In this document: positions 10,290 to 18,219 of the stretch, in pieces
Layout: the number at the start of each line of letters is the position of its first letter
How positions within the stretch are numbered: the stretch's first letter is position 1
Source: a virus
Virus record (IMG/VR): IMGVR_UViG_3300029309_000006
Coordinates: 31,753-95,752 of that record
Reading direction: 5' to 3' (one strand)
DNA length: 64,000 nt
Program-made: the position numbers and the translations under genes
The notes under the pieces: model-generated
The model's database searches: none
Told to the model about the DNA's origin: nothing
The model's input: the letters and a program-made list of their open reading frames with translations, nothing else

Positions 10290-10446
10290 AGCTTATAGAG
10301 GAGTTTTAAAAGCCCGAATAAATAAATTATATGGAGGTGATGTGACTTGTGGTAAAGTGAAAAAACTAAAGTCACGACCAGGAGCTACAAAAAGAGACGT
10401 GCAGTTGGCTAACTGGTTTATCAATATGCACGGCTGTAAAAGATGA
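10282..10446 (+). CDS. Small basic hypothetical protein (54 aa; not in ORF track)
   Basis: MPKAYRGVLKARINKLYGGDVTC...LANWFINMHGCKR; ATGA overlap with next gene. Confidence 0.65.
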   Translation: MPKAYRGVLKARINKLYGGDVTCGKVKKLKSRPGATKRDVQLANWFINMHGCKR

Positions 10447-11006
10447 ATATATTTGATGATTTTAATTTAATTAAATTTAAAAATCAAAAACCACCAACTG
10501 ATAATTCTTTAACAACTTTAAAAGAAATAAAAGAAATTGATAACTTAAAAATAGATGTAAGTTTTGTTAAGTATTATGACGAAGTTTATGACGTTTTTAA
10601 AAAGATAATAGAAAAAAATGGTTATGAGTTTCCTTCTGATTTAGTTAAGTATTTAATAAATAACAGTAGAGAAACAATATTAAATTTAAAAAATTATCAT
10701 AAAAGATCAAGACCTAACGAAATAGCTAAAAACTATAATATAAACTTAGATGTTGTAGATTTAAAATCTGCTAAAACAAAAGCTTACCCTTCAGGTCACT
10801 CAGCTCAAGCTGAATTAATAGGATTAGTATTAAGTGATATATATCCTAACTTAAGATCTCAAATAATGAAAGAAGCTAACAATATATCTTTAAGTAGAAA
10901 TATAGGTAGATTACATTACGCTTCTGATAGCCAAAACGGTTTAGATTTAGGTAAAGCAATGTATCAACATTATAAAACAAAAGCAAATGCCTTATATACA
11001 AAATAA
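10443..11006 (+). CDS. PAP2-superfamily phosphatase
   Basis: Three PAP2 motifs: KNYHKRSRP, YPSGHS, SRNIGRLHYASD. Confidence 0.85.
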   Translation: MNIFDDFNLIKFKNQKPPTDNSLTTLKEIKEIDNLKIDVSFVKYYDEVYDVFKKIIEKNGYEFPSDLVKYLINNSRETILNLKNYHKRSRPNEIAKNYNINLDVVDLKSAKTKAYPSGHSAQAELIGLVLSDIYPNLRSQIMKEANNISLSRNIGRLHYASDSQNGLDLGKAMYQHYKTKANALYTK

Positions 11007-11343
11007 TCCACTGTCATGCTGGCAAGGTTATAAAAGAAAACCTGGTACAAAAGAGTTTTCAAAAGGTAGTTGCGTAAAAGTTTCTGATTCACCGGCTACA
11101 AAACAAAAAGGAGGAGGCACAACAAAAACCTGTTTACCTGCTTCTAAAATAAAAAGCATGTCTAAAGAAAAAAGAAAAGAATTAGTAAATGCTAAAAAAT
11201 CTGCCGGTGCTAAAGGTAAATATAAAAGATCATCAAAAACAAATGTAAAAGGTGCTAGAAAAAAAGGTGCTACATTAAGAGACTGGTTTGAAAAAGAAGA
11301 CTGGAGAAGAGTTGATGATCCTAGTAAAAAATGCGGAGAATAA
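10987..11343 (+). CDS. Basic hypothetical protein
   Basis: CWQGYKR...GSCVK and LRDWFEKEDW motifs; very Lys-rich. Confidence 0.65.
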   Translation: MPYIQNNPLSCWQGYKRKPGTKEFSKGSCVKVSDSPATKQKGGGTTKTCLPASKIKSMSKEKRKELVNAKKSAGAKGKYKRSSKTNVKGARKKGATLRDWFEKEDWRRVDDPSKKCGE

Positions 11344-11345
11344 TT

Positions 11346-11633
11346 ATGGCTAGTAAATCACCAAACAATATAAAAGAAAAAGCTTACGAAAAGCAAAATC
11401 GCGCAATGCGGGCTAAACATAAAAGAGAAACAGGAAAAACTCTTGGAACTAGACAAACATCTGGGACAGGTAAACGTAGAGTTTCTTTTGCATGTAGGTT
11501 TGCTGGTATGGCTGGAGCATTAAAAGATGCTAAAGGTGAACCAACTAAACTTAAAATGGCTCTTAAAAAATGGGGTTTTGGTAGTAAAGAAGCTGCTAGA
11601 AACTTTTGTAATAAAAACAAAAATAAAAAATAA
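11346..11633 (+). CDS. Basic hypothetical protein
   Basis: RRVSFACRFAGM...ALKKWG motif; likely start at MASKSP. Confidence 0.65.
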   Translation: MASKSPNNIKEKAYEKQNRAMRAKHKRETGKTLGTRQTSGTGKRRVSFACRFAGMAGALKDAKGEPTKLKMALKKWGFGSKEAARNFCNKNKNKK

Positions 11634-11639
11634 AAAAAA

Positions 11640-12158
11640 ATGATTAGAAATTATTACACAGAAGCTTATAGTTCTGCAGTGGTGCCATCAGTAAGTGATA
11701 CACTGCTTATAGACGGAAGAACTAAAAGCACTACACCTCAAGGTGCTTGGAAACAATACAATTTATATGTTGGTGACTCCCCAGCTACATTACCTGTAAC
11801 TACAACTACAGATAATACAGCTGTTAACAACTCTACAGCGGTTGGTTTAAAATCACCTAATCCACTTATAAAAGCTGGTATGATAGTAAAAGGTGCAGGT
11901 TTACCAGACGCTGGCTTAACAATTGCAGCTGTTGTAGATGCTAGCAACTATACTTTATCTCAAGCAGATACTATAGCCGCTGATGCTACATTAACATACA
12001 CATACGCTGCTAGTTCAAAATTAAAAGTATTAACTGTAAATAATGAAACTGTAACGTTTCACAATCCAGTTAAAGGAGAAATACTACCAGTAAGCGTAGT
12101 ACAAGTGTTTGCCACAGGCACGGAAGGTGGCGTAGAAAATTTAGTTGCATTAAGTTAA
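11640..12158 (+). CDS. Putative virion decoration protein with inserted beta-rich module
   Basis: NLYVG...GEILPVSVVQVFATGT...LVAL frame plus an inserted IKAGMIV module. Confidence 0.5.
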   Translation: MIRNYYTEAYSSAVVPSVSDTLLIDGRTKSTTPQGAWKQYNLYVGDSPATLPVTTTTDNTAVNNSTAVGLKSPNPLIKAGMIVKGAGLPDAGLTIAAVVDASNYTLSQADTIAADATLTYTYAASSKLKVLTVNNETVTFHNPVKGEILPVSVVQVFATGTEGGVENLVALS

Positions 12159-12168
12159 AAATATAGTT

Positions 12169-12543
12169 ATGCCAAATCCAAAGAAAAAAGCAGCAAAGTA
12201 TTTAAAGTCTATTAAAAAAGATCCTAAAAGAGAACAAAAATTAGATTCAATACAAAAAAGATATTATAAGCAATTTGATCAATTTGACATGGGTAGTAAA
12301 GTTGATGGTGGAGAAAAAGATTTTGATAAAAATTATAATATATTAAAAAAAGCCGGTAAAGATACTATATTCGGTATGAAACAACCATTAAAAAAAGAAA
12401 AAATGGATAAAAATTTAAAAAAAGAAGCAAAATACGATGCTAAAGAAGCATACAATAAAAATCTATCTGGTAAAGCAAGATTACATTATTTAGAAAATAA
12501 TATTGCTGACAGATCATGGATGTCAAAACATTCTAAATCTTAA
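12169..12543 (+). CDS. Basic hypothetical protein
   Basis: Lys-rich ORF, C-terminal ARLHYLEN. Confidence 0.6.
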   Translation: MPNPKKKAAKYLKSIKKDPKREQKLDSIQKRYYKQFDQFDMGSKVDGGEKDFDKNYNILKKAGKDTIFGMKQPLKKEKMDKNLKKEAKYDAKEAYNKNLSGKARLHYLENNIADRSWMSKHSKS

Positions 12544-12547
12544 AATC

Positions 12548-13390
12548 ATGTTGTTTAAAAAAACAAGAGAAGAAAGGATAGCTAAAAGACAAAACAGAAG
12601 AACTTCAAGAATTGATAAAAGAGAAAAATTAAGAGAAACTAGATTTAAAGCAAGAGATCATAATAAAGAAAAAGAGTACAAAGAAAAAAGAGGTACTGAT
12701 GTAGGTAACTTTGTTAGAAGATTAGATAAAGTTTTTTTACAATCTAATCCTAGTAGTTCTGATCACAAACAAAACCTTGTAGATACAGCTGTAGATTCAG
12801 ATTATATTGCAAGGCAGCAGGCGCTTACAGATAATTTCAATCAACAATTAGAAGAATTAAAAAGCTATAAAGTTCCAAAAGTTTTTCAAGATATAGACCA
12901 CACAACAGTAAAATTATCAGATCCAACTTCTAAAACACCAGCATCAAAATTAAAAAACCCAATAAAAAAATATAGTAAAATGGCAGAATCAGCAAAACAA
13001 GAAAAAAAGAACTTAATGAAAGACATGCCTGTCGACGAAAGAGCAGGTATGACTATGAAAAAAGGTATGTTTCAAATGAAAAAAGGACCTTTTCAAATGA
13101 AACCAGGAACTTCAAAAAGAGGTCCCTTAGATAAACAACTAAAAGGTAATCAACACAAATTACCAGATCATTTAAAGAAAGCAATAGAAGCTGCTCCTGA
13201 AATGAAAGATCCAATGAAAATGAAAGAGCCTATGAAAATGAAAGATCCGATGAAGATGAAGGATCCGATGAAGATGAAAGATCCTATGAAGATGAAAGAT
13301 CCAATGCAAATGCAAAATCCTCCTTTAAAAGCTTATGGCAAAAAACCTTTAAAAATGAAGGAGCCAATGAAAATGAAATATAAACAGTAG
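12548..13390 (+). CDS. Basic Met/Lys-rich protein with MKMKDP repeats
   Basis: Likely start is ATG 12548; possible internal start at 12980 (MAESAKQE). Confidence 0.6.
   Translation: MLFKKTREERIAKRQNRRTSRIDKREKLRETRFKARDHNKEKEYKEKRGTDVGNFVRRLDKVFLQSNPSSSDHKQNLVDTAVDSDYIARQQALTDNFNQQLEELKSYKVPKVFQDIDHTTVKLSDPTSKTPASKLKNPIKKYSKMAESAKQEKKNLMKDMPVDERAGMTMKKGMFQMKKGPFQMKPGTSKRGPLDKQLKGNQHKLPDHLKKAIEAAPEMKDPMKMKEPMKMKDPMKMKDPMKMKDPMKMKDPMQMQNPPLKAYGKKPLKMKEPMKMKYKQ
13202..13322 (+). repeat. 18-bp coding tandem repeat, about 6.5 units of (MK)MKDP
   Basis: ATGAARATGAARGAWCCN repeated in tandem. Confidence 0.9.
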
Positions 13391-13457
13391 AGTCTGTAAA
13401 AAACTCACCCATAAATACATTAACAACAATCATTAACAAAAATCAAAAATCAAAGTT

Positions 13458-13745
13458 ATGGCAAAATTTATCGAAGTTCATTCATCTGGCTCAGGCCTTA
13501 ATGGTGGGAACGTATTAATCGGAGTAGACAACATCGTAGGTGTTGACGCAGCTCTAGGAACATCAACAATTATTAAATTTAACGGAGGTGTAATTGATGA
13601 GTGTACAATTACTCACACAAGCACAGGTACAACTCCGTCTGTAAGAGATGCTATTAATTATGCATTAACAGCTAATCCAGGAGGAGTAAAAGCAAAAGTA
13701 CAGCTTCCTACAGGAATTACAGTTTCAGACGTTGTTTGGTCGTAA
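13458..13745 (+). CDS. Hypothetical, probably virion protein
   Basis: 95-aa beta-rich ORF. Confidence 0.6.
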   Translation: MAKFIEVHSSGSGLNGGNVLIGVDNIVGVDAALGTSTIIKFNGGVIDECTITHTSTGTTPSVRDAINYALTANPGGVKAKVQLPTGITVSDVVWS

Positions 13746-13903
13746 TGAAATCTAGAGGCTTAGGAGACAGTATTGAAAAAGTAACCAAAGCAACTGGTAT
13801 TAAAAAGTTGGTTGACACAGTATCACAGGGTTTAAATATACCCTGTGGCTGTGAAGGCCGAAAAACTTTTTTAAATAAAATGTTTCCTTATAAACAAAAT
13901 TAA
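13745..13903 (+). CDS. Small protein with GLGD and CGC motifs (52 aa; not in ORF track)
   Basis: MKSRGLGDSIEKVTKATGIKK...PCGCEGRKTFLN; TAATG coupling at both ends. Confidence 0.7.
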   Translation: MKSRGLGDSIEKVTKATGIKKLVDTVSQGLNIPCGCEGRKTFLNKMFPYKQN

Positions 13904-14217
13904 TGGCTTTTAAAATAAAACAACCTTTCCCTATAGACAACACTCCAGTTTATAATGTTCCATTAGAAGACGGTGTAGTTGGTAAAGCTGATAAAAATGG
14001 AGCTATTTTAGTTGATAAAGATGTTAATAGCCCTATTGAACGTAAAGAAGTTATCAAACATGAAATGGTACACATAGATCAAATGAAAAGAGGTGATCTT
14101 AGTTATGACGATAAAAATGTGTATTGGAAAGGTAAAGTTTACTCAAGATCTAAAATGAATGAAGGAGCTAAAAGTCTTCCTTGGGAAAAAGAAGCTTGGA
14201 GTGTATATAAAAAATAA
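13903..14217 (+). CDS. Small zincin-like metallopeptidase
   Basis: VIKHEMVHIDQ (HExxH) with downstream PWEKEA. Confidence 0.6.
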   Translation: MAFKIKQPFPIDNTPVYNVPLEDGVVGKADKNGAILVDKDVNSPIERKEVIKHEMVHIDQMKRGDLSYDDKNVYWKGKVYSRSKMNEGAKSLPWEKEAWSVYKK

Positions 14218-14222
14218 ACAAT

Positions 14223-14675
14223 ATGTCAAAACCTAAAAAAAAATTTAAAGAAACGAAGGTTGGAAAATTCCTTCTAGGTAAATCCGGTATTATAAATGTA
14301 ATAGGAGATATATTGCCTGACAAAGGTGCACTAGGTATGGTTAAAAACTTAATAGACAAAGATCAAGACCTACCACCTCAGGACAAAGAAACAGCTCTTA
14401 AATTATTAGAGCAAGATATAATAGAAATGCAAGAAATATCAAAACGTTGGGACAGCGATATGAAATCAGATAGTTGGCTAAGTAAAAATACAAGGCCTAT
14501 GACTTTAATATTCCTAACAGTATCTCTTGTTGTTTTTATATTACTAGATGGGTTTGATATTTCATTTGGAATTGATTCTGGATGGATAGACCTTTTAAAA
14601 TCCCTTTTGATAACCGTTTATGTTGCCTATTTTGGTTCTCGAGGGGCTGAAAAATTTAAATCAATAGGCAAATAA
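14223..14675 (+). CDS. Putative holin
   Basis: RWDSDMKSDSWLSKNTRP followed by two hydrophobic helices and YFGSRGAEK. Confidence 0.7.
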   Translation: MSKPKKKFKETKVGKFLLGKSGIINVIGDILPDKGALGMVKNLIDKDQDLPPQDKETALKLLEQDIIEMQEISKRWDSDMKSDSWLSKNTRPMTLIFLTVSLVVFILLDGFDISFGIDSGWIDLLKSLLITVYVAYFGSRGAEKFKSIGK

Positions 14676-14690
14676 TTAAATTAAATTAAA

Positions 14691-14948
14691 ATGAGTGAAC
14701 CAAACAAAATCAAAGAAGACCAATTAAAAAAGATTCAAGACTTTCAAAAAGAGTTAAATCAACTTTTAAATGAAACAGGTATCTTAGAAGTCCAAAAAAC
14801 CGCAGTATTAGCGAAATTTCATGAGGTTAATAAATCTACTGAAGAGTTTAAAAAAGAACTTGAAGAAGAGTATGGATCAGTAAATATTAATTTAACTGAT
14901 GGTACATATACACCAATTGAAAAAGAAGAGGATAAAAAAGAAGAATAA
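14691..14948 (+). CDS. Hypothetical coiled-coil protein
   Basis: Coiled coil ending LEEEYGSVNINLTDGTY. Confidence 0.65.
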   Translation: MSEPNKIKEDQLKKIQDFQKELNQLLNETGILEVQKTAVLAKFHEVNKSTEEFKKELEEEYGSVNINLTDGTYTPIEKEEDKKEE

Positions 14949-15175
14949 TGTCGTCAGTTATCAGAAAAATCAGTATCGGTTCTGATTACAAAACCGATGC
15001 AATGCATTATTCTGTTGGTCAGTCTGTTTATGGTGGTCATGTAATATCCCATATAATATCTGAACAAAAAGACAATTCTTATAACATTTTTATCAAAAAA
15101 AACAATGAGGTATTGCCGTGGAAGAAATTTAATTCTAACATGGCAATATCCGTTGAATATGATTTAGAATATTAA
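14948..15175 (+). CDS. Hypothetical protein
   Basis: Coupled ORF (IRKISIG...MHYSVGQ). Confidence 0.65.
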   Translation: MSSVIRKISIGSDYKTDAMHYSVGQSVYGGHVISHIISEQKDNSYNIFIKKNNEVLPWKKFNSNMAISVEYDLEY

Positions 15176-15780
15176 TGAACAGCTTGTTTGATTTTATTGT
15201 TGAGCCTTATGGTCAGCGATATAATAATAAAATTAAGTTAGGTGACAAAAGCTTAATAATTAACACAAAGCTAGAAAGTTTTAAATCTGTTAATAATATA
15301 GCAAAAGTAGTTGCTATACCTTTAGCTTATAAAACAGTTGTAAAACAAGGTGATTTAATTATGATTCATCATAATGTTTTTAGAAGGTTTTATGATATTA
15401 GAGGTGACGAAAAAAATAGTAGATCATTTTTTAAAGATAACTTATATTTTGTTCAGCCAGATCAAATATATTTATATAAAAATAATAAAAAATGGAAAGC
15501 TTTTGGTAATAGGTGTTTTATTGCACCCTTAAAAAACAAAGATGAAATAAACGCTTCTTTGGAACAAAGGCTTGTTGGTATACTAAAATACGGTAATAAT
15601 GCGTTAGAAGCGCTAGGAATAACCGAGGGAGACGTTGTAGGTTATACTCCATACGGAGAATATGATTTTATTGTTGATAACAAGCGTCTTTACTGTATGA
15701 AATCTAATGATATTGTAATTAAATATGAACGTCAAGGAAACGAAGAAGAATATAATCCAAGCTGGGCAAAAAGCAGTTGA
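15175..15780 (+). CDS. Second GroES-like protein with two tandem GroES-like domains
   Basis: FIVEP...AKVVAIP...VKQGDLIMI and CFIAP...GILKYG...ITEGDVVGY...LYCMKSNDI. Confidence 0.55.
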   Translation: MNSLFDFIVEPYGQRYNNKIKLGDKSLIINTKLESFKSVNNIAKVVAIPLAYKTVVKQGDLIMIHHNVFRRFYDIRGDEKNSRSFFKDNLYFVQPDQIYLYKNNKKWKAFGNRCFIAPLKNKDEINASLEQRLVGILKYGNNALEALGITEGDVVGYTPYGEYDFIVDNKRLYCMKSNDIVIKYERQGNEEEYNPSWAKSS

Positions 15781-15997
15781 TGAGTTAATTAAGGTTGCAA
15801 AAGAACCTATAGTGGATTCAGAAGATGATATATCTGCTGACAGACTAAAAAATGCAGCTGCTACTAAAAAACTAGCTATATTTGATGCTTTTGAAATATT
15901 GACACGTATTGAAGAAGAAAAAAATATTTTAGAAAACAAACCTACAGAAAAAAAAGAAAACACTTTTAGTGGATTTGCTGAAAGAAGATCTAAGTAA
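15725..15997 (+). CDS. Putative terminase small subunit
   Basis: Small helical protein coupled directly to terL. Confidence 0.55.
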   Translation: MNVKETKKNIIQAGQKAVDELIKVAKEPIVDSEDDISADRLKNAAATKKLAIFDAFEILTRIEEEKNILENKPTEKKENTFSGFAERRSK

Positions 15998-18219
15998 TGT
16001 ATAAACAAACATTATATAAAATAGTAGAACCTATTAAAGACCATTTAATAAAAAGTTTTAATAAAAACAAAAAATGGGAATATGGATATAATAAAGATTA
16101 TGATATTATAGTTATATCTAAAACTGGTAAAATAGGTGAAATATACGAAATACAAAACCTACGAATAGCTTTACCTTTACAAGAAAAAGTATACAAAAGA
16201 TCTAATAAAAAGCTAGAACAATACTGGGAAGTATTTAAACATAGGCCAGAGTTAAAAAAAATAAAAACTATATTTGACTGGAAAGCATATCCCGACACAT
16301 TTAAAAAAGATTTACACGGTTACATAGATGAAGAATTTAGAAGAAGGGAAGAAGGCTTTTGGTTTTACAACAAAGGTGTTCCTACATATATTACTGGTAC
16401 TCACTACATGTATTTGCAGTGGTCAAAGATTGATGTTGGGCAAGCAGAATTTAGGGAAGCAAACAGATTATTCTTTATATTCTGGGAAGCTTGCAAAGCA
16501 GACGCACGATCATACGGGATGTGTTATCTTAAGAATAGACGTTCAGGATTCTCTTTTATGGCGTCAGGCGAAACTGTTAACATGGCCACAATATCAAGCG
16601 ATGCTAGATTCGGTGTCTTATCAAAGTCAGGGGCTGATGCTAAAAAAATGTTTACAGACAAGATCGTACCAATATCGGTCAACTACCCGTTCTTCTTTAA
16701 ACCAATACAAGACGGGATGGATAGGCCGAAAACAGAACTTGCTTATAGAGTACCGGCGTCGAGATTCACTCGTAAAAAAATGGATAACAACGAGAAGCTT
16801 GAGGAAATTATCGGACTCGACACAACGATCGATTGGAAAAACACAGGAGACAATTCGTATGACGGGGAAAAACTCGCGCTATTGGTTCATGATGAAGCGG
16901 GTAAATGGGAAAAGCCAGAAAATATACTCAACAACTGGAGGGTCACAAAAACAACGTTAAGATTAGGTAGTAGAATTATCGGTAAATGCATGATGGGATC
17001 TACCTCTAATGCTTTAGATAAAGGAGGTAGAAACTATAAAAAAATATATTATGACTCAGATGTTACCAAAAGAAACCGCAATGGACAGACTAGCTCAGGA
17101 TTATATTCTTTGTTCATACCTATGGAATGGAACTACGAAGGATACATTGATGCTTATGGACACCCTGTCTTTGAAACTCCAGAACAAGGAGTTAAAGGAA
17201 TCGATGGTCAAAAGATTGAAATCGGTGTCATTGAGCACTGGGATAATGAAGTAGAAGGCCTTAAGAACGATCCAGACGCACTTAATGAATTATATAGACA
17301 GTTTCCACGTACTGAAAAACACGCGTTCAGAGATGAAACTAAAAAATCTTTGTTTAATTTAACTAAAATTTACGAACAAATTGATTATAACGAAGATTTA
17401 AAAAGACAAGGTGTAATAACTCAAGGTAATTTTCAATGGGAAGATGGGATTAAAGATACAAGCGTTAGATTTTTTCCTAATAAAAACGGAAGGTTTTTAA
17501 TTTCATGGGTACCTGATGTACATCAACAAAATAGATATATTGTAAAAAATGGAAAAAAATACCCGGCTAATGAGCATATGGGTGCGTTTGGTTGTGATAG
17601 TTACGATATATCAGGAACGGTAGACGGTAGAGGATCTAAAGGTTCTCTTCATGGTTTAACAAAATTTACTATGGATAATTGTCCACCTAATTTATTTTTT
17701 TTAGAATATGTTGCTAGGCCTCAAACTGCTGAAACTTTTTTTGAAGATGTTTTAATGGCTTTGTATTTTTATGGCATGCCATTATTAGCAGAAAATAATA
17801 AACCTAGATTATTATATTATTTAAAAAGAAGAGGTTATAGAGGTTACTCTATGAATAGGCCAGATAAAACATTATATAAATTATCTGTTGCTGAAAAAGA
17901 AATAGGTGGAATACCTAATTCAAGCGAAGATATAAAACAAGCGCACGCTGCAGCTATTGAATCTTATATTGAAAGTTTTGTAGGTTACAACAACGAACAA
18001 TATGGAACAATGTATTTTCAAAGAACATTAGAAGATTGGGCTGCTTTCGATATAAACAATAGAACAAAACATGATGCTTCAATAAGTTCAGGTTTAGCTA
18101 TTATGGCTTGTAATAAAAATAAATACAGACCAGTTGCTGAAATTATAAAAGAAAAAGTAAATTTAAATTTTTCTAAATATGATAACAGAGGTTATAAATC
18201 AAAAATAATTAATAAATGA
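15997..18219 (+). CDS. terL: Terminase large subunit
   Basis: KNRRSGFS Walker A, LLVHDEAGKW Walker B, MGST coupling motif, RNase H-like GCDSYD...AENNK...HDASIS. Confidence 0.93.
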   Translation: MYKQTLYKIVEPIKDHLIKSFNKNKKWEYGYNKDYDIIVISKTGKIGEIYEIQNLRIALPLQEKVYKRSNKKLEQYWEVFKHRPELKKIKTIFDWKAYPDTFKKDLHGYIDEEFRRREEGFWFYNKGVPTYITGTHYMYLQWSKIDVGQAEFREANRLFFIFWEACKADARSYGMCYLKNRRSGFSFMASGETVNMATISSDARFGVLSKSGADAKKMFTDKIVPISVNYPFFFKPIQDGMDRPKTELAYRVPASRFTRKKMDNNEKLEEIIGLDTTIDWKNTGDNSYDGEKLALLVHDEAGKWEKPENILNNWRVTKTTLRLGSRIIGKCMMGSTSNALDKGGRNYKKIYYDSDVTKRNRNGQTSSGLYSLFIPMEWNYEGYIDAYGHPVFETPEQGVKGIDGQKIEIGVIEHWDNEVEGLKNDPDALNELYRQFPRTEKHAFRDETKKSLFNLTKIYEQIDYNEDLKRQGVITQGNFQWEDGIKDTSVRFFPNKNGRFLISWVPDVHQQNRYIVKNGKKYPANEHMGAFGCDSYDISGTVDGRGSKGSLHGLTKFTMDNCPPNLFFLEYVARPQTAETFFEDVLMALYFYGMPLLAENNKPRLLYYLKRRGYRGYSMNRPDKTLYKLSVAEKEIGGIPNSSEDIKQAHAAAIESYIESFVGYNNEQYGTMYFQRTLEDWAAFDINNRTKHDASISSGLAIMACNKNKYRPVAEIIKEKVNLNFSKYDNRGYKSKIINK

